26,011 nt of DNA from Verrucomicrobiia bacterium. Lineage in GTDB: Bacteria; Pseudomonadota; Alphaproteobacteria; Dongiales; Dongiaceae. The notes under the pieces are model-generated. The model saw only the letters and a program-made list of their open reading frames with translations, was not told where the DNA came from and did no database searches. Positions 16,419-25,478 of this stretch are shown piece after piece. A program made the position numbers and the translations under genes. Positions within the stretch are counted from its first letter, which is position 1, and the number at the start of each line of letters is the position of its first letter. The stretch covers positions 1-26,011 of the forward strand of contig DATHQQ010000423.1 in assembly GCA_035482595.1 (NCBI GenBank), in the 5' to 3' direction.

Positions 16419-19061
16419 TTGGGGGCTGGGTTGCTGGGCGAGCGCCGCCTTGGACAGGAGGCGCTTCAGCTCCACCGGGGCCATCTCAAATTCGATGAAG
16501 GAACGCGGGCATTCGCCGGCCGCGCGCTCGAACAGTTGCCGGGCCACCTCGCTGTCGTGGCGCAGGAGGTGCCACTCGGCGATATAGAAATCGGCCTCGC
16601 AGCGCCGTCCACGCTCGGTCAGCGGGTCGGCGGAAAGGGCCGCCCTTCTGACCTCCTCCTCCGAGAGCTGGCCGCGGTAGAAGGCAATGAGAGCGCCCGG
16701 CCATGTGCTCGGATCCGGCTTCCCGCCGCCCTCGTCCAAAAAGCCGACGTCGAGCCGGCCGTCCCGGGCATGGGCGATATACAGCCAAAGCGGCAGATAG
16801 GTCGAGCCATCGGGATCGGCGACCTTTTGCGCGCCTGCGAAATCCTCAGCTGCGGCGGCATAGCGGCCCGCGGCGAATCGCGACAGCGCGCGACCGAAGA
16901 AGGCTGCTGATTCGGTCGGCCGAAGGGCGAGGACTTTGGCGAATTCCGAATCGGCGAGCTCGTAGCGACCCTGTCTACGATAGAGAATGCCACGTCCGGT
17001 CATGACCCGGACGTCGTCCGGCTTCAGTTGCGCCGCCGCATAGTAGTCAACCAAGCTCAGATCCCATCGCTGGTCGGTGCGATAGGCTTGTGCGCGATAG
17101 TAGAAGGCAGACTCGTTTCCCGGATCGAGGCGCAATGCGTGAGTGTAGTCCGCGATCGCCTCCGTCCTTTCGTCCAGCTGGTAGTGAGCATATCCGCGTC
17201 GGATGTAAGCTAGGGCATTGTCAGGGTGGAGACGGATGGCCTCACTGTAATCGGCAATCGCCTCAGGCCACCGATGCGCCAATTCATAGGCCAAGCCCCT
17301 TCCGAAATAGGCCGCATGGTCATTCGGCGCCAGACGAAGGGCGGCGCCGAACTCCGTGATCGCCCGGGCAGCGTCTTTCTTGTCGTAGTAGGCAAAGGCG
17401 CGCTGGAAATAGCCATCGATGAAATCCGGCTTGAGGCGAATGGCCGTGGTCAGATCGGCGATAGCCTGATCCAATTTTCCCAGGGAATCATAGGTGACGC
17501 CGCGGCTTGCATAGGCCTCGGCATAGTTCGGGTCGATCGTGATCGCGGCATCGAAGTCCGCAATGGCCTGCTCCGGTTTCTCCTTATTGGCATAGGCAAG
17601 TCCCCGATTGCGCAGAGCAATCTTGTCGCGCGGATCGATATCGATGGCCGCGTTGTAATCGGCGATCGCCTCGTCCCACTTCCTCATCTTGGCATGGGCG
17701 ATCCCGCGATCGGTGTAGAACCGCGTCGGCTTTGGATCCAAACGAATGGCCGCATCGAAATCCCGGATCGCTTGCTCATACTCCCCCTTGTGGGAGTAGC
17801 TCGCCCCTCGATAGTCCAGAGCCAGGGCGTCCTTGGGATCGAGCTGTATGGCCCGGTCAAGATCGAGAATGGCCCGTTCCACCTCGCCTTTGCGGTCATA
17901 GGCATAACCGCGGGTTCTGAAGGCTTCGCCGACCGCCGGATCGAGCCGCACGGCGCTGTCGCAGTCGGCGATGGCCAAGTCGAGCTGTCCAGCTTCGACA
18001 TAGGCCCAGGCGCGGTCGATATAGACCGAGGCATCGCGGGGATCGAGGCGAAGTGCCGCCTCGAAGTCGGCAAGGGCATCCTTGAAAGCATCATTCTTGT
18101 AGTGAGCGCGACCCCGCTCGGCATAGGCGCGCGCAAAACCAGGATAGAGCCGGATGGCCGCATTGAGATCGAAGATGGCGTCATCGACGCGGTCGGCCTT
18201 CAGGTCGTCCTGCGCGCTTTGATACCAGTCCTTCGGCAGGCCGGGATCGAGCCGCACCGCGCGGCGATAATCGGCGACGGCGCGCTTCATATCTCCCTGG
18301 TGCTCATGGGCGAGGCCGCGGTCATAGAGGTAGTCGGCATCCTTCGGATCGAGGTGGATCGCCTTGTCGTAATCCGCCAGCGCCTGGTCGTAGTGCTTGG
18401 CTTCGTCATGGACATAGCCGCGCCAGGCAAAGGCAAAGGCGTAATCCGGCCTGACACGGATGGCGGCGGTGAAATCCGCCAGGGCTTCGTCGGTATCGTC
18501 GAGCTGGTAATGCGCCCTGCCACGATCGAGATAGGCCTCGGCGTAGTCAGAATCCAACGCGATTGCCTTGCTCTCGTCGGCGATCGCCCGGTCGTATTTG
18601 TTCTTGCGATAGTAGACGAGACCGCGGTGGCGATAAGCGTATGAGTCCTCCGGATTCAGCCGGATCGCTTCGTCGTAATCGGCAATGGCTCGATCGAGCT
18701 CGTCCTTCTGGTAGTAGGCGTCGGCGCGATTGCGGAAGGCCGGGCTGTAGTCCGGCTCGATCTTGATCGCCGCGTCGAAATCGACAATGGACCGGTCGAC
18801 CTGGTCCTTGTCGAGATAGGCCATGCCCCGATTGGTGAGTACGACGGCAGTCGTCCAATCGGAGAGCCCACCGTCACGGATCACCTTGCCATAGAACAGG
18901 ATCGCCTGGTCGAGGTCGCCGCGCACATGGGCCGCATAGGCCGTGTCGAAATCCACGTCCTTGCCCGTGGGGGTGGTGATTTGGGGCGACCCGCCCGCTT
19001 CGGCCCAAGCAGTTGCGCCCGCGAAGAGCAGAAGCAGCATGGCAAGAATGAGTCGGACCAT
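16416..19061 (-). CDS. Exported TPR-repeat protein (about 21 TPRs) with NlpI-like C-terminal domain
   Basis: Signal peptide MVRLILAMLLLLFAGATAWA with no lipobox Cys; 20 clean 34-aa repeats (A..Y..RG.AY...G....AIADF..AIRL.P..) plus one degenerate; tail YLPLWLY...WPGALIAFYRGQLSEEEV...CEADFYIAEWHL...FIEFEMA resembles the NlpI C-terminus. Confidence 0.9.
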   Translation of the reverse strand: MVRLILAMLLLLFAGATAWAEAGGSPQITTPTGKDVDFDTAYAAHVRGDLDQAILFYGKVIRDGGLSDWTTAVVLTNRGMAYLDKDQVDRSIVDFDAAIKIEPDYSPAFRNRADAYYQKDELDRAIADYDEAIRLNPEDSYAYRHRGLVYYRKNKYDRAIADESKAIALDSDYAEAYLDRGRAHYQLDDTDEALADFTAAIRVRPDYAFAFAWRGYVHDEAKHYDQALADYDKAIHLDPKDADYLYDRGLAHEHQGDMKRAVADYRRAVRLDPGLPKDWYQSAQDDLKADRVDDAIFDLNAAIRLYPGFARAYAERGRAHYKNDAFKDALADFEAALRLDPRDASVYIDRAWAYVEAGQLDLAIADCDSAVRLDPAVGEAFRTRGYAYDRKGEVERAILDLDRAIQLDPKDALALDYRGASYSHKGEYEQAIRDFDAAIRLDPKPTRFYTDRGIAHAKMRKWDEAIADYNAAIDIDPRDKIALRNRGLAYANKEKPEQAIADFDAAITIDPNYAEAYASRGVTYDSLGKLDQAIADLTTAIRLKPDFIDGYFQRAFAYYDKKDAARAITEFGAALRLAPNDHAAYFGRGLAYELAHRWPEAIADYSEAIRLHPDNALAYIRRGYAHYQLDERTEAIADYTHALRLDPGNESAFYYRAQAYRTDQRWDLSLVDYYAAAQLKPDDVRVMTGRGILYRRQGRYELADSEFAKVLALRPTESAAFFGRALSRFAAGRYAAAAEDFAGAQKVADPDGSTYLPLWLYIAHARDGRLDVGFLDEGGGKPDPSTWPGALIAFYRGQLSEEEVRRAALSADPLTERGRRCEADFYIAEWHLLRHDSEVARQLFERAAGECPRSFIEFEMAPVELKRLLSKAALAQQPSPQ

Positions 19062-19198
19062 CGTTCCCCCTTCCGCTGGTCGCGCCGGGAATTATCAACT
19101 TCTTGCGGGCGAAGCTCAATATCGCCCTGAGCCGAGACAAGGGCGCCCTGCCCCGCTATTCTCCGGCCCCGAATTCGAAGAAACCAAGGAGGAGCCCC

Positions 19199-19666
19199 AT
19201 GGGCGGAAGGATCGAGAAGCTGCTGGCGGAGAAGAAGATCGAGTTGCCCAAGGCGGCGATTCCCGTGGCCAATTACGTGCCGGTGGTCGTCGCCGGCAAT
19301 CTGGCCTTCGTCGCCGGACAGGTGACGGTGTGGAACGGCGAGTTCAAATTCATCGGCAAGCTGGGCAAGGAATATACGGTCGAGCAGGGCCAGCAGGCGG
19401 CGCGCATCTGCGGGCTGAATATCCTGGCCCAGGTCAAGCTGGCGCTGGGCGGCGATCTCGACCGGGTGAAGCGCTGCGTCAAGCTCAACGTCTTCGTCAA
19501 TTCGATGCCCGATTTCACCGACCAGCCGAAGGTCGCCAACGGCGTCTCCGATCTGATGGTCGAGATCTTCGGCGATGCCGGCAAGCATGCCCGGGCCGCG
19601 GTCGGCGTCAACGTGCTGCCGCTCAATGTGGCGGTGGAAGTCGACGCGGTCTTCGAGGTGAGCTAG
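19199..19666 (+). CDS. RidA/YjgF-family protein
   Basis: AAGGAGG RBS, then MGGRIEKLL...PVANYVP...AFVAGQV, FTDQPKVANGVSDLMVEIFGDAGKHARAAVGV..LPLNVAVEVD (conserved Arg present). Confidence 0.93.
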   Translation: MGGRIEKLLAEKKIELPKAAIPVANYVPVVVAGNLAFVAGQVTVWNGEFKFIGKLGKEYTVEQGQQAARICGLNILAQVKLALGGDLDRVKRCVKLNVFVNSMPDFTDQPKVANGVSDLMVEIFGDAGKHARAAVGVNVLPLNVAVEVDAVFEVS

Positions 19667-19695
19667 GACGCGCCGCCCCTCTCAGGGCGTCGGGG

Positions 19696-20547
19696 TCAGG
19701 AGGTCGGCAGGTCGCAATTGCCGCCGACCGCCTTCTCAACGGCCGATTGGTCGGGCACGGCGGGCGCCGGCGAACCGGGCGTCCCGCTCGCCATGCGCTC
19801 CTGCATCTTGGATTTGAAGATGGCCTGGCCCTCGGCATGGAGGAAATCCTTGCCCTCGATGCTGAGGAGCTGCTGCCGGTCGGCGAGGTCATAGGCCTGC
19901 TGCCACTGCATCTTGGCATCGGCGGTCAGGCCGACTTGCCAGAAGGCATCGCCCAGATGGGAATGGATCTCCGGACTGCCGGGGTCGAGCTTCGCCGCCT
20001 TGCAGAGCGGGGGCAGCGCCTCGCCATAGCGGCGCTGCTGATAGAGCACCCAGCCGAGGGTATCCTGATAGGCGCCCTCCTCCGGCTGCTTGGCGGTCGC
20101 TTCCCGGGCATAGGCCAGAGCCTCGTCCAGCCGCCGGCCGCCGAGCGACCATTCATAGGCGATGTTGTTGCGCGCCAGCAGATTGCCGGCGGCGGCGGCA
20201 CTTTCATAGAGCTGCTCCGCCTTGGCCTGGTCGCGGGCCACGCCGAGCCCGAAGTCGTAGAGATAGCCAAGTGCATTCTGCGCATCGGACTGACCCTGCG
20301 CCGCGGCCTTGTCGTACCAATCGGCCGCCGCAGCGTAGTCCCGCGGCCCCATATCGCCGTCGTTGTAGATGGCGCCCATCATATATTGGGCATCGGCATT
20401 GCCCTGCTGCGCCTCGGCCCGGAACAGATCGGCGGCGGTCTTGTAATCGCCCCTGTCATAGGCCGCCCAAGCCCCATCCATATCGGCCCAGGCCGGCGCG
20501 GCCGTGACCAGAAGAGCGGCAAGGATCAGATATCGCCAGAAAGTCAT
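19696..20547 (-). CDS. Exported Sel1-repeat plus TPR protein
   Basis: Signal peptide MTFWRYLILAALLVTAAPAWA; two Sel1 repeats (AQYMMGAIYNDG..RDYAAAADWYDKAAAQG; AQNALGYLYDFGLGVARDQAKA); then TPRs (DTLGWVLYQ..YGEA; PEIHSHLGDAFWQVG). Confidence 0.88.
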   Translation of the reverse strand: MTFWRYLILAALLVTAAPAWADMDGAWAAYDRGDYKTAADLFRAEAQQGNADAQYMMGAIYNDGDMGPRDYAAAADWYDKAAAQGQSDAQNALGYLYDFGLGVARDQAKAEQLYESAAAAGNLLARNNIAYEWSLGGRRLDEALAYAREATAKQPEEGAYQDTLGWVLYQQRRYGEALPPLCKAAKLDPGSPEIHSHLGDAFWQVGLTADAKMQWQQAYDLADRQQLLSIEGKDFLHAEGQAIFKSKMQERMASGTPGSPAPAVPDQSAVEKAVGGNCDLPTS

Positions 20548-20740
20548 GAAACGAGCACCCACCTGCCTAGATAGTCGCAGTTTACGCCGATGCCAGGTCA
20601 CGGGACCATGCAGGGATGGCAAACCCGGCCCGAATGGCCCGCAAGAAAAATAATAGCACGGCCGGCATGGGCGAAGCCCTTGCCGGAAGGCCGCGGCGGC
20701 ATGATTCTATCCGCCGTGACCTGGAACTCATCCCTCGGCG

Positions 20741-21937
20741 ATGCCTGACGGCCGCGAGCCCCAACGTCTGAAGCTGGGCGAGGGCGTGGCGGGTCTCGAT
20801 GCCGGCGCCTGGAACGCCTGCGCGGGCGATGGCAACCCCTTCCTCTCCCACGATTTCCTGGCGGCGCTGGAGGAGAGCGGCTGCGTCGGCCGGCGTACCG
20901 GCTGGCGTCCCTGCCCGCTGCTTCTCGAGGGGGCCGACGGCGTGCTGCTCGGCGCAGCACCCCTCTATCTGAAGAACCATTCCTCGGGTGAATACATCTT
21001 CGACCACGGTTGGGCCGAGGCCTATGAGCGGGCGGGTGGCGAGTATTACCCGAAGCTGGTGGCCGCCGTACCCTTCACCCCGGTCCCGGGGCCGCGCCTC
21101 CTCATCCGCCCCGGTCCGGAGGCCGAGACCCATCGCCGCCAGCTGGCGGAGGGGCTGATTGCGGTGGTGCGCCAGCTCGGTGTCTCCTCGCTGCATGTGA
21201 ATTTCACCGAGCCGGCGGATGCGGCGGCCCTGGCCGCGGCGGGCATGATGCAGCGGGTAGGCACCCAATACCATTGGCAGAACCGCGGCTATGACAGTTT
21301 CGAGGCCTTCCTCGGCGATCTCTCCTCGCGCAAGCGCAAGATGATCCGCAAGGAGCGCGAGGCGGCCAAGCGCGAGGGGCTCGTGCTGCGGCGCCTGGTG
21401 GGCGCCGATATCAAGCCGCGGCATTGGCAGCAGTTCTATCGCTTCTACATCGATACCAGCGAGCGCAAATGGGGCCGGCCCTATCTGACCCGCGCCTTCT
21501 TCGAGGCCATCGGCGAGCGCCTGGCGGACCGCATCCTCCTGGTCATGGCGGAGGATGACGGCACGCCGGTGGCCGGTGCCCTCAATCTATTCGGCAGCGA
21601 GGCGCTCTACGGGCGCAACTGGGGTTCCGACGGGGCCTTCAAATTCCTGCATTTCGAGGCCTGCTACTACCAGGCCATCGATTTCGCCATCGAGAACCGA
21701 CTCGTACGGGTGGAGGCCGGGGCCCAGGGCGAGCACAAGATCTCGCGGGGTTATCTGCCGGTCGAGACCCGCAGCTTCCACTTCATCGCCGACCCGCGCT
21801 TCGCCTCCGCCGTCGCCGATTTCCTGGCGCGCGAGACCCGGGCAGTGGAGCAGGAGCGCGACGCGCTGGCCGAGTACTCGCCGTTCAGATGCGCAGCGGA
21901 TCCCGCGAAGAAATCCACGGATGCCGCGGACAAGTAA
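20741..21937 (+). CDS. FemAB-like GNAT-fold protein (DUF482 / 'peptidoglycan biosynthesis/recognition' family)
   Basis: NPFLSHDFLAALEESG, PLYLKNHSSGEYIFDHGWAEAY, YYPKL.AAVPFTPVPGPRLL, LYGRNWG, LHFEACYYQAIDFAI, EAGAQGEHKISRGY. Confidence 0.9.
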   Translation: MPDGREPQRLKLGEGVAGLDAGAWNACAGDGNPFLSHDFLAALEESGCVGRRTGWRPCPLLLEGADGVLLGAAPLYLKNHSSGEYIFDHGWAEAYERAGGEYYPKLVAAVPFTPVPGPRLLIRPGPEAETHRRQLAEGLIAVVRQLGVSSLHVNFTEPADAAALAAAGMMQRVGTQYHWQNRGYDSFEAFLGDLSSRKRKMIRKEREAAKREGLVLRRLVGADIKPRHWQQFYRFYIDTSERKWGRPYLTRAFFEAIGERLADRILLVMAEDDGTPVAGALNLFGSEALYGRNWGSDGAFKFLHFEACYYQAIDFAIENRLVRVEAGAQGEHKISRGYLPVETRSFHFIADPRFASAVADFLARETRAVEQERDALAEYSPFRCAADPAKKSTDAADK

Positions 21938-21957
21938 GAGGGCCTTACCCGATGCCC

Positions 21958-21984
21958 CACCCCGGCCATGACGGCCAAGGGGTG
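21958..21984. terminator. Possible hairpin between convergent GNAT and clpA
   Basis: CACCCCGGCC-atgac-GGCCaaGGGGTG bulged stem; no U-tract on either side. Confidence 0.3.
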
Positions 21985-21994
21985 ATACTGATCC

Positions 21995-24292
21995 TCAGGT
22001 CTCCACCAGCACCGGCAGCTTGGGCGCCTGAGGCGGAGCCGGCGGCGTGGGATAGGTGAAGACCAGCTTTTCCTCCACCACATCGACCTGTACGACGCCG
22101 CCCTTCTCCAGGCGGCCGAAGAGGAGCTCCTCGGCCAGCGGCTTCTTGATGTACTCCTGGATCACCCGGGAGAGCGGCCGGGCACCATAGAGCGGGTCAT
22201 AGCCCTTGCGGGCGAGCCAGGCGCGCGCCGTGTCGCTGAGCTCGATGGTGACCTGCCGGTCGGCGAGCTGAGCCTCCAGCTGCATCACGAACTTGTCGAC
22301 CACCTTGGCCACCACCTCCGGCGGGAGGGTGCTGAAGGTGATCACCGCATCCAGCCGGTTGCGGAACTCGGGCGAGAACATGCGCTCGATGGCCTCCGTA
22401 TCCTCCCCTGTCCGGCCTTCGCGGCCGAAGCCGATCGCAGGCTTGGCCATCTGGGAAGCGCCGGCATTGGTCGTCATGATCAGGATCACATTCCGGAAGT
22501 CGACCGTCTTGCCGTTGTGATCGGTCAGCTTGCCGTGGTCCATGACCTGCAGCAGGACGTTGAAGAGATCGGGATGGGCCTTCTCGATCTCATCCAGCAG
22601 CAGCACCGCATGGGGGTGCTGGTCGATGGCATCGGTCAGAAGCCCGCCCTGGTCGAAGCCGACATAGCCCGGGGGCGCGCCCAACAGCCGCGACACGGTA
22701 TGGCGCTCCATGTATTCGGACATGTCGAAGCGGATCAGCTCGATCCCCAGGCTGCGGGCCAGCTGCCGGGCAACCTCGGTCTTGCCCACGCCGGTCGGGC
22801 CCGAGAAGAGATAGGCGCCGATCGGCTTCTCCGGCTCGCGCAGGCCCGCACGGGCGAGCTTGATGGCCGAGGCCAAGGCGTCGATCGGCTTCTCCTGGCC
22901 GAAGACCATGGTCTTCAGATCGCGCTCCAGATTCTGCAGGGCGAGGCGATCGTCCCGGCTCACGCTCTTGGGCGGGATGCGGGCGATCTTGGCCACCACT
23001 GCCTCGACATCCTTGACCGCGATGGTCTTGCGCCGCTTGCCCTCGGGCAGCAGCATCTGAGCCGCGCCGACCTCGTCGATCACGTCGATCGCCTTGTCCG
23101 GCAGCTTGCGGTCGTTGATGTAGCGCTGCGCCAGCTCCACCGCGGCGCGGATCGCCTCGGCGGTGTAGCGCACGTTGTGATGCTTCTCGTAATAGGGCTT
23201 GAGGCCGCGCAGGATCTTGATCGAATCCTCGAGCGAGGGCTCGTTGACGTCGATCTTCTGGAAGCGGCGGACCAGCGCCCGGTCCTTCTCGAAGTAGTTC
23301 CGGTATTCCTTGTAGGTGGTGGAGCCGATGCAGCGGATGACACCGCCCGCCAGCGCCGGCTTCAGCAGATTGGAAGCGTCCATCGAGCCGCCGCTGGTGG
23401 CACCGGCGCCGATCACCGTATGGATCTCGTCGATGAACAGGATGGCGTTGGGCATCTTCTCGAGCTCGCCGATCACCGCCTTCAGCCGTTCCTCGAAATC
23501 GCCGCGGTAGCGGGTGCCGGCCAGGAGCGAGCCCATGTCGAGGCTATAGATCACGCAGCCCTTCAGCACCTCCGGCACGTCGCCGGTGACGATGCGCCGT
23601 GCCAGGCCCTCGGCAATGGCGGTCTTGCCCACGCCGGGCTCGCCGACATAGAGGGGATTGTTCTTGGTGCGCCGGCAGAGGATCTGGATGGTACGCTCGA
23701 CCTCGGCCTCGCGACCGATGAGGGGGTCGATCTTGCCCGCCGAGGCCTTCTTGTTGAGGTCGACGCAATAGGAGTCCAGGGCCTCGCTGCCGCCCTTGGA
23801 GGTCTTGTCGCCCGCATCGGCTTCGGCACCCTGGACGCGGCGGGTCTCGGAGCGGCCATGGGCCTTGGCGATGCCGTGGCTGATGTAGTTGACGGCATCG
23901 AGGCGCGACATCTCCTGCTCCTGCAGGAAAAATACAGCGTGGCTCTCGCGTTCGGAGAAGATGGCGACCAGGATATTGGCGCCCGTCACTTCCTCGCGGC
24001 CGGAGGACTGCACATGGATGGCCGCGCGCTGGAGCACCCGCTGGAAGCCGGCGGTGGGCTTGGCCTCACCCCCGCGGTTGGAGACGAGATTGCCGAGCTG
24101 GCTGTCGATGTAGTCGATCAGGTCGCGGCGCAGGCGCTCGACATCGACATTGCACGCCCGCATCACCGCGATCGCATCGGGATCCTCGGTCAGCGCCAGC
24201 AGCAGATGCTCGAGGGTCGCGAAGTCATGCCGTCGCTCATTGGCATAGGCGAGCGCACGGTGCAGCGTCTTCTCCAGATTGGGCGACAGCAT
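21995..24292 (-). CDS. clpA: ATP-dependent Clp protease ATP-binding subunit ClpA
   Basis: Two AAA+ modules ([15 protein letters not shown]; [18 protein letters not shown]), [31 protein letters not shown]; 765 aa; directly downstream of clpS. Confidence 0.98.
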   Translation of the reverse strand: MLSPNLEKTLHRALAYANERRHDFATLEHLLLALTEDPDAIAVMRACNVDVERLRRDLIDYIDSQLGNLVSNRGGEAKPTAGFQRVLQRAAIHVQSSGREEVTGANILVAIFSERESHAVFFLQEQEMSRLDAVNYISHGIAKAHGRSETRRVQGAEADAGDKTSKGGSEALDSYCVDLNKKASAGKIDPLIGREAEVERTIQILCRRTKNNPLYVGEPGVGKTAIAEGLARRIVTGDVPEVLKGCVIYSLDMGSLLAGTRYRGDFEERLKAVIGELEKMPNAILFIDEIHTVIGAGATSGGSMDASNLLKPALAGGVIRCIGSTTYKEYRNYFEKDRALVRRFQKIDVNEPSLEDSIKILRGLKPYYEKHHNVRYTAEAIRAAVELAQRYINDRKLPDKAIDVIDEVGAAQMLLPEGKRRKTIAVKDVEAVVAKIARIPPKSVSRDDRLALQNLERDLKTMVFGQEKPIDALASAIKLARAGLREPEKPIGAYLFSGPTGVGKTEVARQLARSLGIELIRFDMSEYMERHTVSRLLGAPPGYVGFDQGGLLTDAIDQHPHAVLLLDEIEKAHPDLFNVLLQVMDHGKLTDHNGKTVDFRNVILIMTTNAGASQMAKPAIGFGREGRTGEDTEAIERMFSPEFRNRLDAVITFSTLPPEVVAKVVDKFVMQLEAQLADRQVTIELSDTARAWLARKGYDPLYGARPLSRVIQEYIKKPLAEELLFGRLEKGGVVQVDVVEEKLVFTYPTPPAPPQAPKLPVLVET

Positions 24293-24298
24293 CGGGCT

Positions 24299-24628
24299 CT
24301 ACTCCTTCTCCATCGTGCATTGCAGCGGGTGCTGGTGGCGGCGCGCAAAGTCGATGACCTGGGTCACCTTGGTCTCCGCCACTTCGTAGGTAAAGACGCC
24401 GCAAACCCCCACTCCGCGGCGGTGGACATGCAACATGATCTGCGTGGCTTCCTCGCGGCTCTTCGCGAAGAAGCGCTCGAGCACATGAACGACGAACTCC
24501 ATGGGCGTATAGTCGTCGTTCAGAAGAAGCACCTTGTACATAGAGGGCTTCTTGGTCTTCGGCTTGCTTTTGACAACGACCCCGACCTGACGATCGTCGT
24601 CGTTACGCCTGTCATCGCCGCCCATCAT
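24299..24628 (-). CDS. clpS: ATP-dependent Clp protease adaptor ClpS
   Basis: [53 protein letters not shown]. Confidence 0.98.
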   Translation of the reverse strand: MMGGDDRRNDDDRQVGVVVKSKPKTKKPSMYKVLLLNDDYTPMEFVVHVLERFFAKSREEATQIMLHVHRRGVGVCGVFTYEVAETKVTQVIDFARRHQHPLQCTMEKE

Positions 24629-24679
24629 CCTGCAACATCGTCAATCCATCGGAAAATCAGCGGTTTCATCACGGCCATA

Positions 24680-24707
24680 ATATTGGATCGCAAGCGCCAC
24701 CGCAAAG
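24680..24707 (-). promoter_or_regulatory. Possible RpoH-like promoter for clpS-clpA
   Basis: Minus strand CTTTGC - N15 - CCAATAT resembles the alphaproteobacterial RpoH consensus CTTGAA-N15/16-CCTATAT with mismatches. Confidence 0.3.
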
Positions 24708-24792
24708 ACCCCGGGGCCGAAGAGACGCAAAAAAAGTCCGGCGGCTTCGTTCTGACGGGCATTTGCGACATGCATGGCCGCAAATCCCCTCT

Positions 24793-25251
24793 TCAGGAGC
24801 TCCGGGTGCGGCCCAGACCCGCGCCGACTCGGGGCGTCAGCGGCGCCCAGGCCTCCTTGACGACGCGGTTCGCCAGCTCGGCCAGGCCCCCGGTGTCACG
24901 CACGGCATTCTCGACCGACCCGTTGACGAAGCGGCGCTGAACCTCGATCACATCCTGAAGGTTGCGCGCATCAACAAGGGCGCACACCGCCGACAGTCCG
25001 GTGGAGACCGACAGCCGCTGCATCTCGATCAGCGCCTGTCCGAAGGCCTGGATGCCATCGGCGAGCGCCACGCTCGATCGAGCGACGGCATCGACATCCT
25101 CCGCCCCAAAGGGAATAAAACCAAGCTCCGCAACAGCCGGAGCCACGCAAACAGCCGACTCGACCGCCGGCCGGGCGCCGCCCGAGTCGCGAGTCGGCCG
25201 GGAGATCAAGGCCGTTTTGGGGCTCTTTCGCGATTTCTTTTTGGCAGTCAT
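24793..25251 (-). CDS. phaP: Phasin family protein (PHA granule-associated)
   Basis: FGAEDVDAVARSS..LADGIQAFG..LVDARNLQDVIEVQRRFV...ELANRVVKEAWAPLTPRV fits the phasin helical pattern; typical dac<-|->phasin-clpS-clpA context; PhaR-type sites upstream. Confidence 0.78.
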   Translation of the reverse strand: MTAKKKSRKSPKTALISRPTRDSGGARPAVESAVCVAPAVAELGFIPFGAEDVDAVARSSVALADGIQAFGQALIEMQRLSVSTGLSAVCALVDARNLQDVIEVQRRFVNGSVENAVRDTGGLAELANRVVKEAWAPLTPRVGAGLGRTRSS

Positions 25252-25283
25252 GAATTTTTCCTCGCTCCCTCATCGATTAACAT

Positions 25284-25297
25284 TTGCTGCGGTGCAA
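25284..25297 (-). promoter_or_regulatory. PhaR-type operator 1 upstream of phasin
   Basis: Minus strand TTGCACCGCAGCAA contains TGCACCGCAGCA (TGCRNYGCASMA); plus strand reads CTGC-N3-GCAA at 25287-25297. Confidence 0.6.
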
Positions 25298-25341
25298 TAT
25301 GGCTAAATATGGGATTTTTCACAAATAGGTCAATGACTTCA

Positions 25342-25352
25342 CTGCATCGCAA
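25342..25352. promoter_or_regulatory. PhaR-type operator 2 upstream of phasin
   Basis: CTGCATCGCAA (CTGC-N3-GCAA), 55 bp from the first copy. Confidence 0.5.
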
Positions 25353-25478
25353 CATAGCAGCCGATTCCCGAGGCATACTGCCCGGAGTTAATCCTCCATA
25401 AAAGCCGGCATGTTCTAGGTAGACAGGATTCCTCAGCTTTTTTACCATGGGGGCTGGTAACGACTCGGGAACAGGCCG

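Noticed and set aside
17226-18644. 472-aa antisense ORF opposite the TPR gene with apparent periodicity
   Set aside because: Its periodicity only mirrors the 102-bp TPR period on the coding strand.
16416-19061. CRISPR-like or DNA tandem repeat array
   Set aside because: Repeats are 102-bp protein-level TPR units with diverged DNA; no identical direct repeats with spacers.
18943-20574. 543-aa plus-strand ORF across the TPR start, RidA and the Sel1 gene
   Set aside because: Out-of-frame and antisense overlap with three well-supported genes; low-complexity composition.
24729-24760. Rho-independent terminator after the phasin gene (minus-strand T7 run)
   Set aside because: The stem preceding the T-run is short and mismatched; not convincing.
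22517-24940. 807-aa antisense ORF opposite clpA/clpS
   Set aside because: Shadow frame of conserved high-GC genes.
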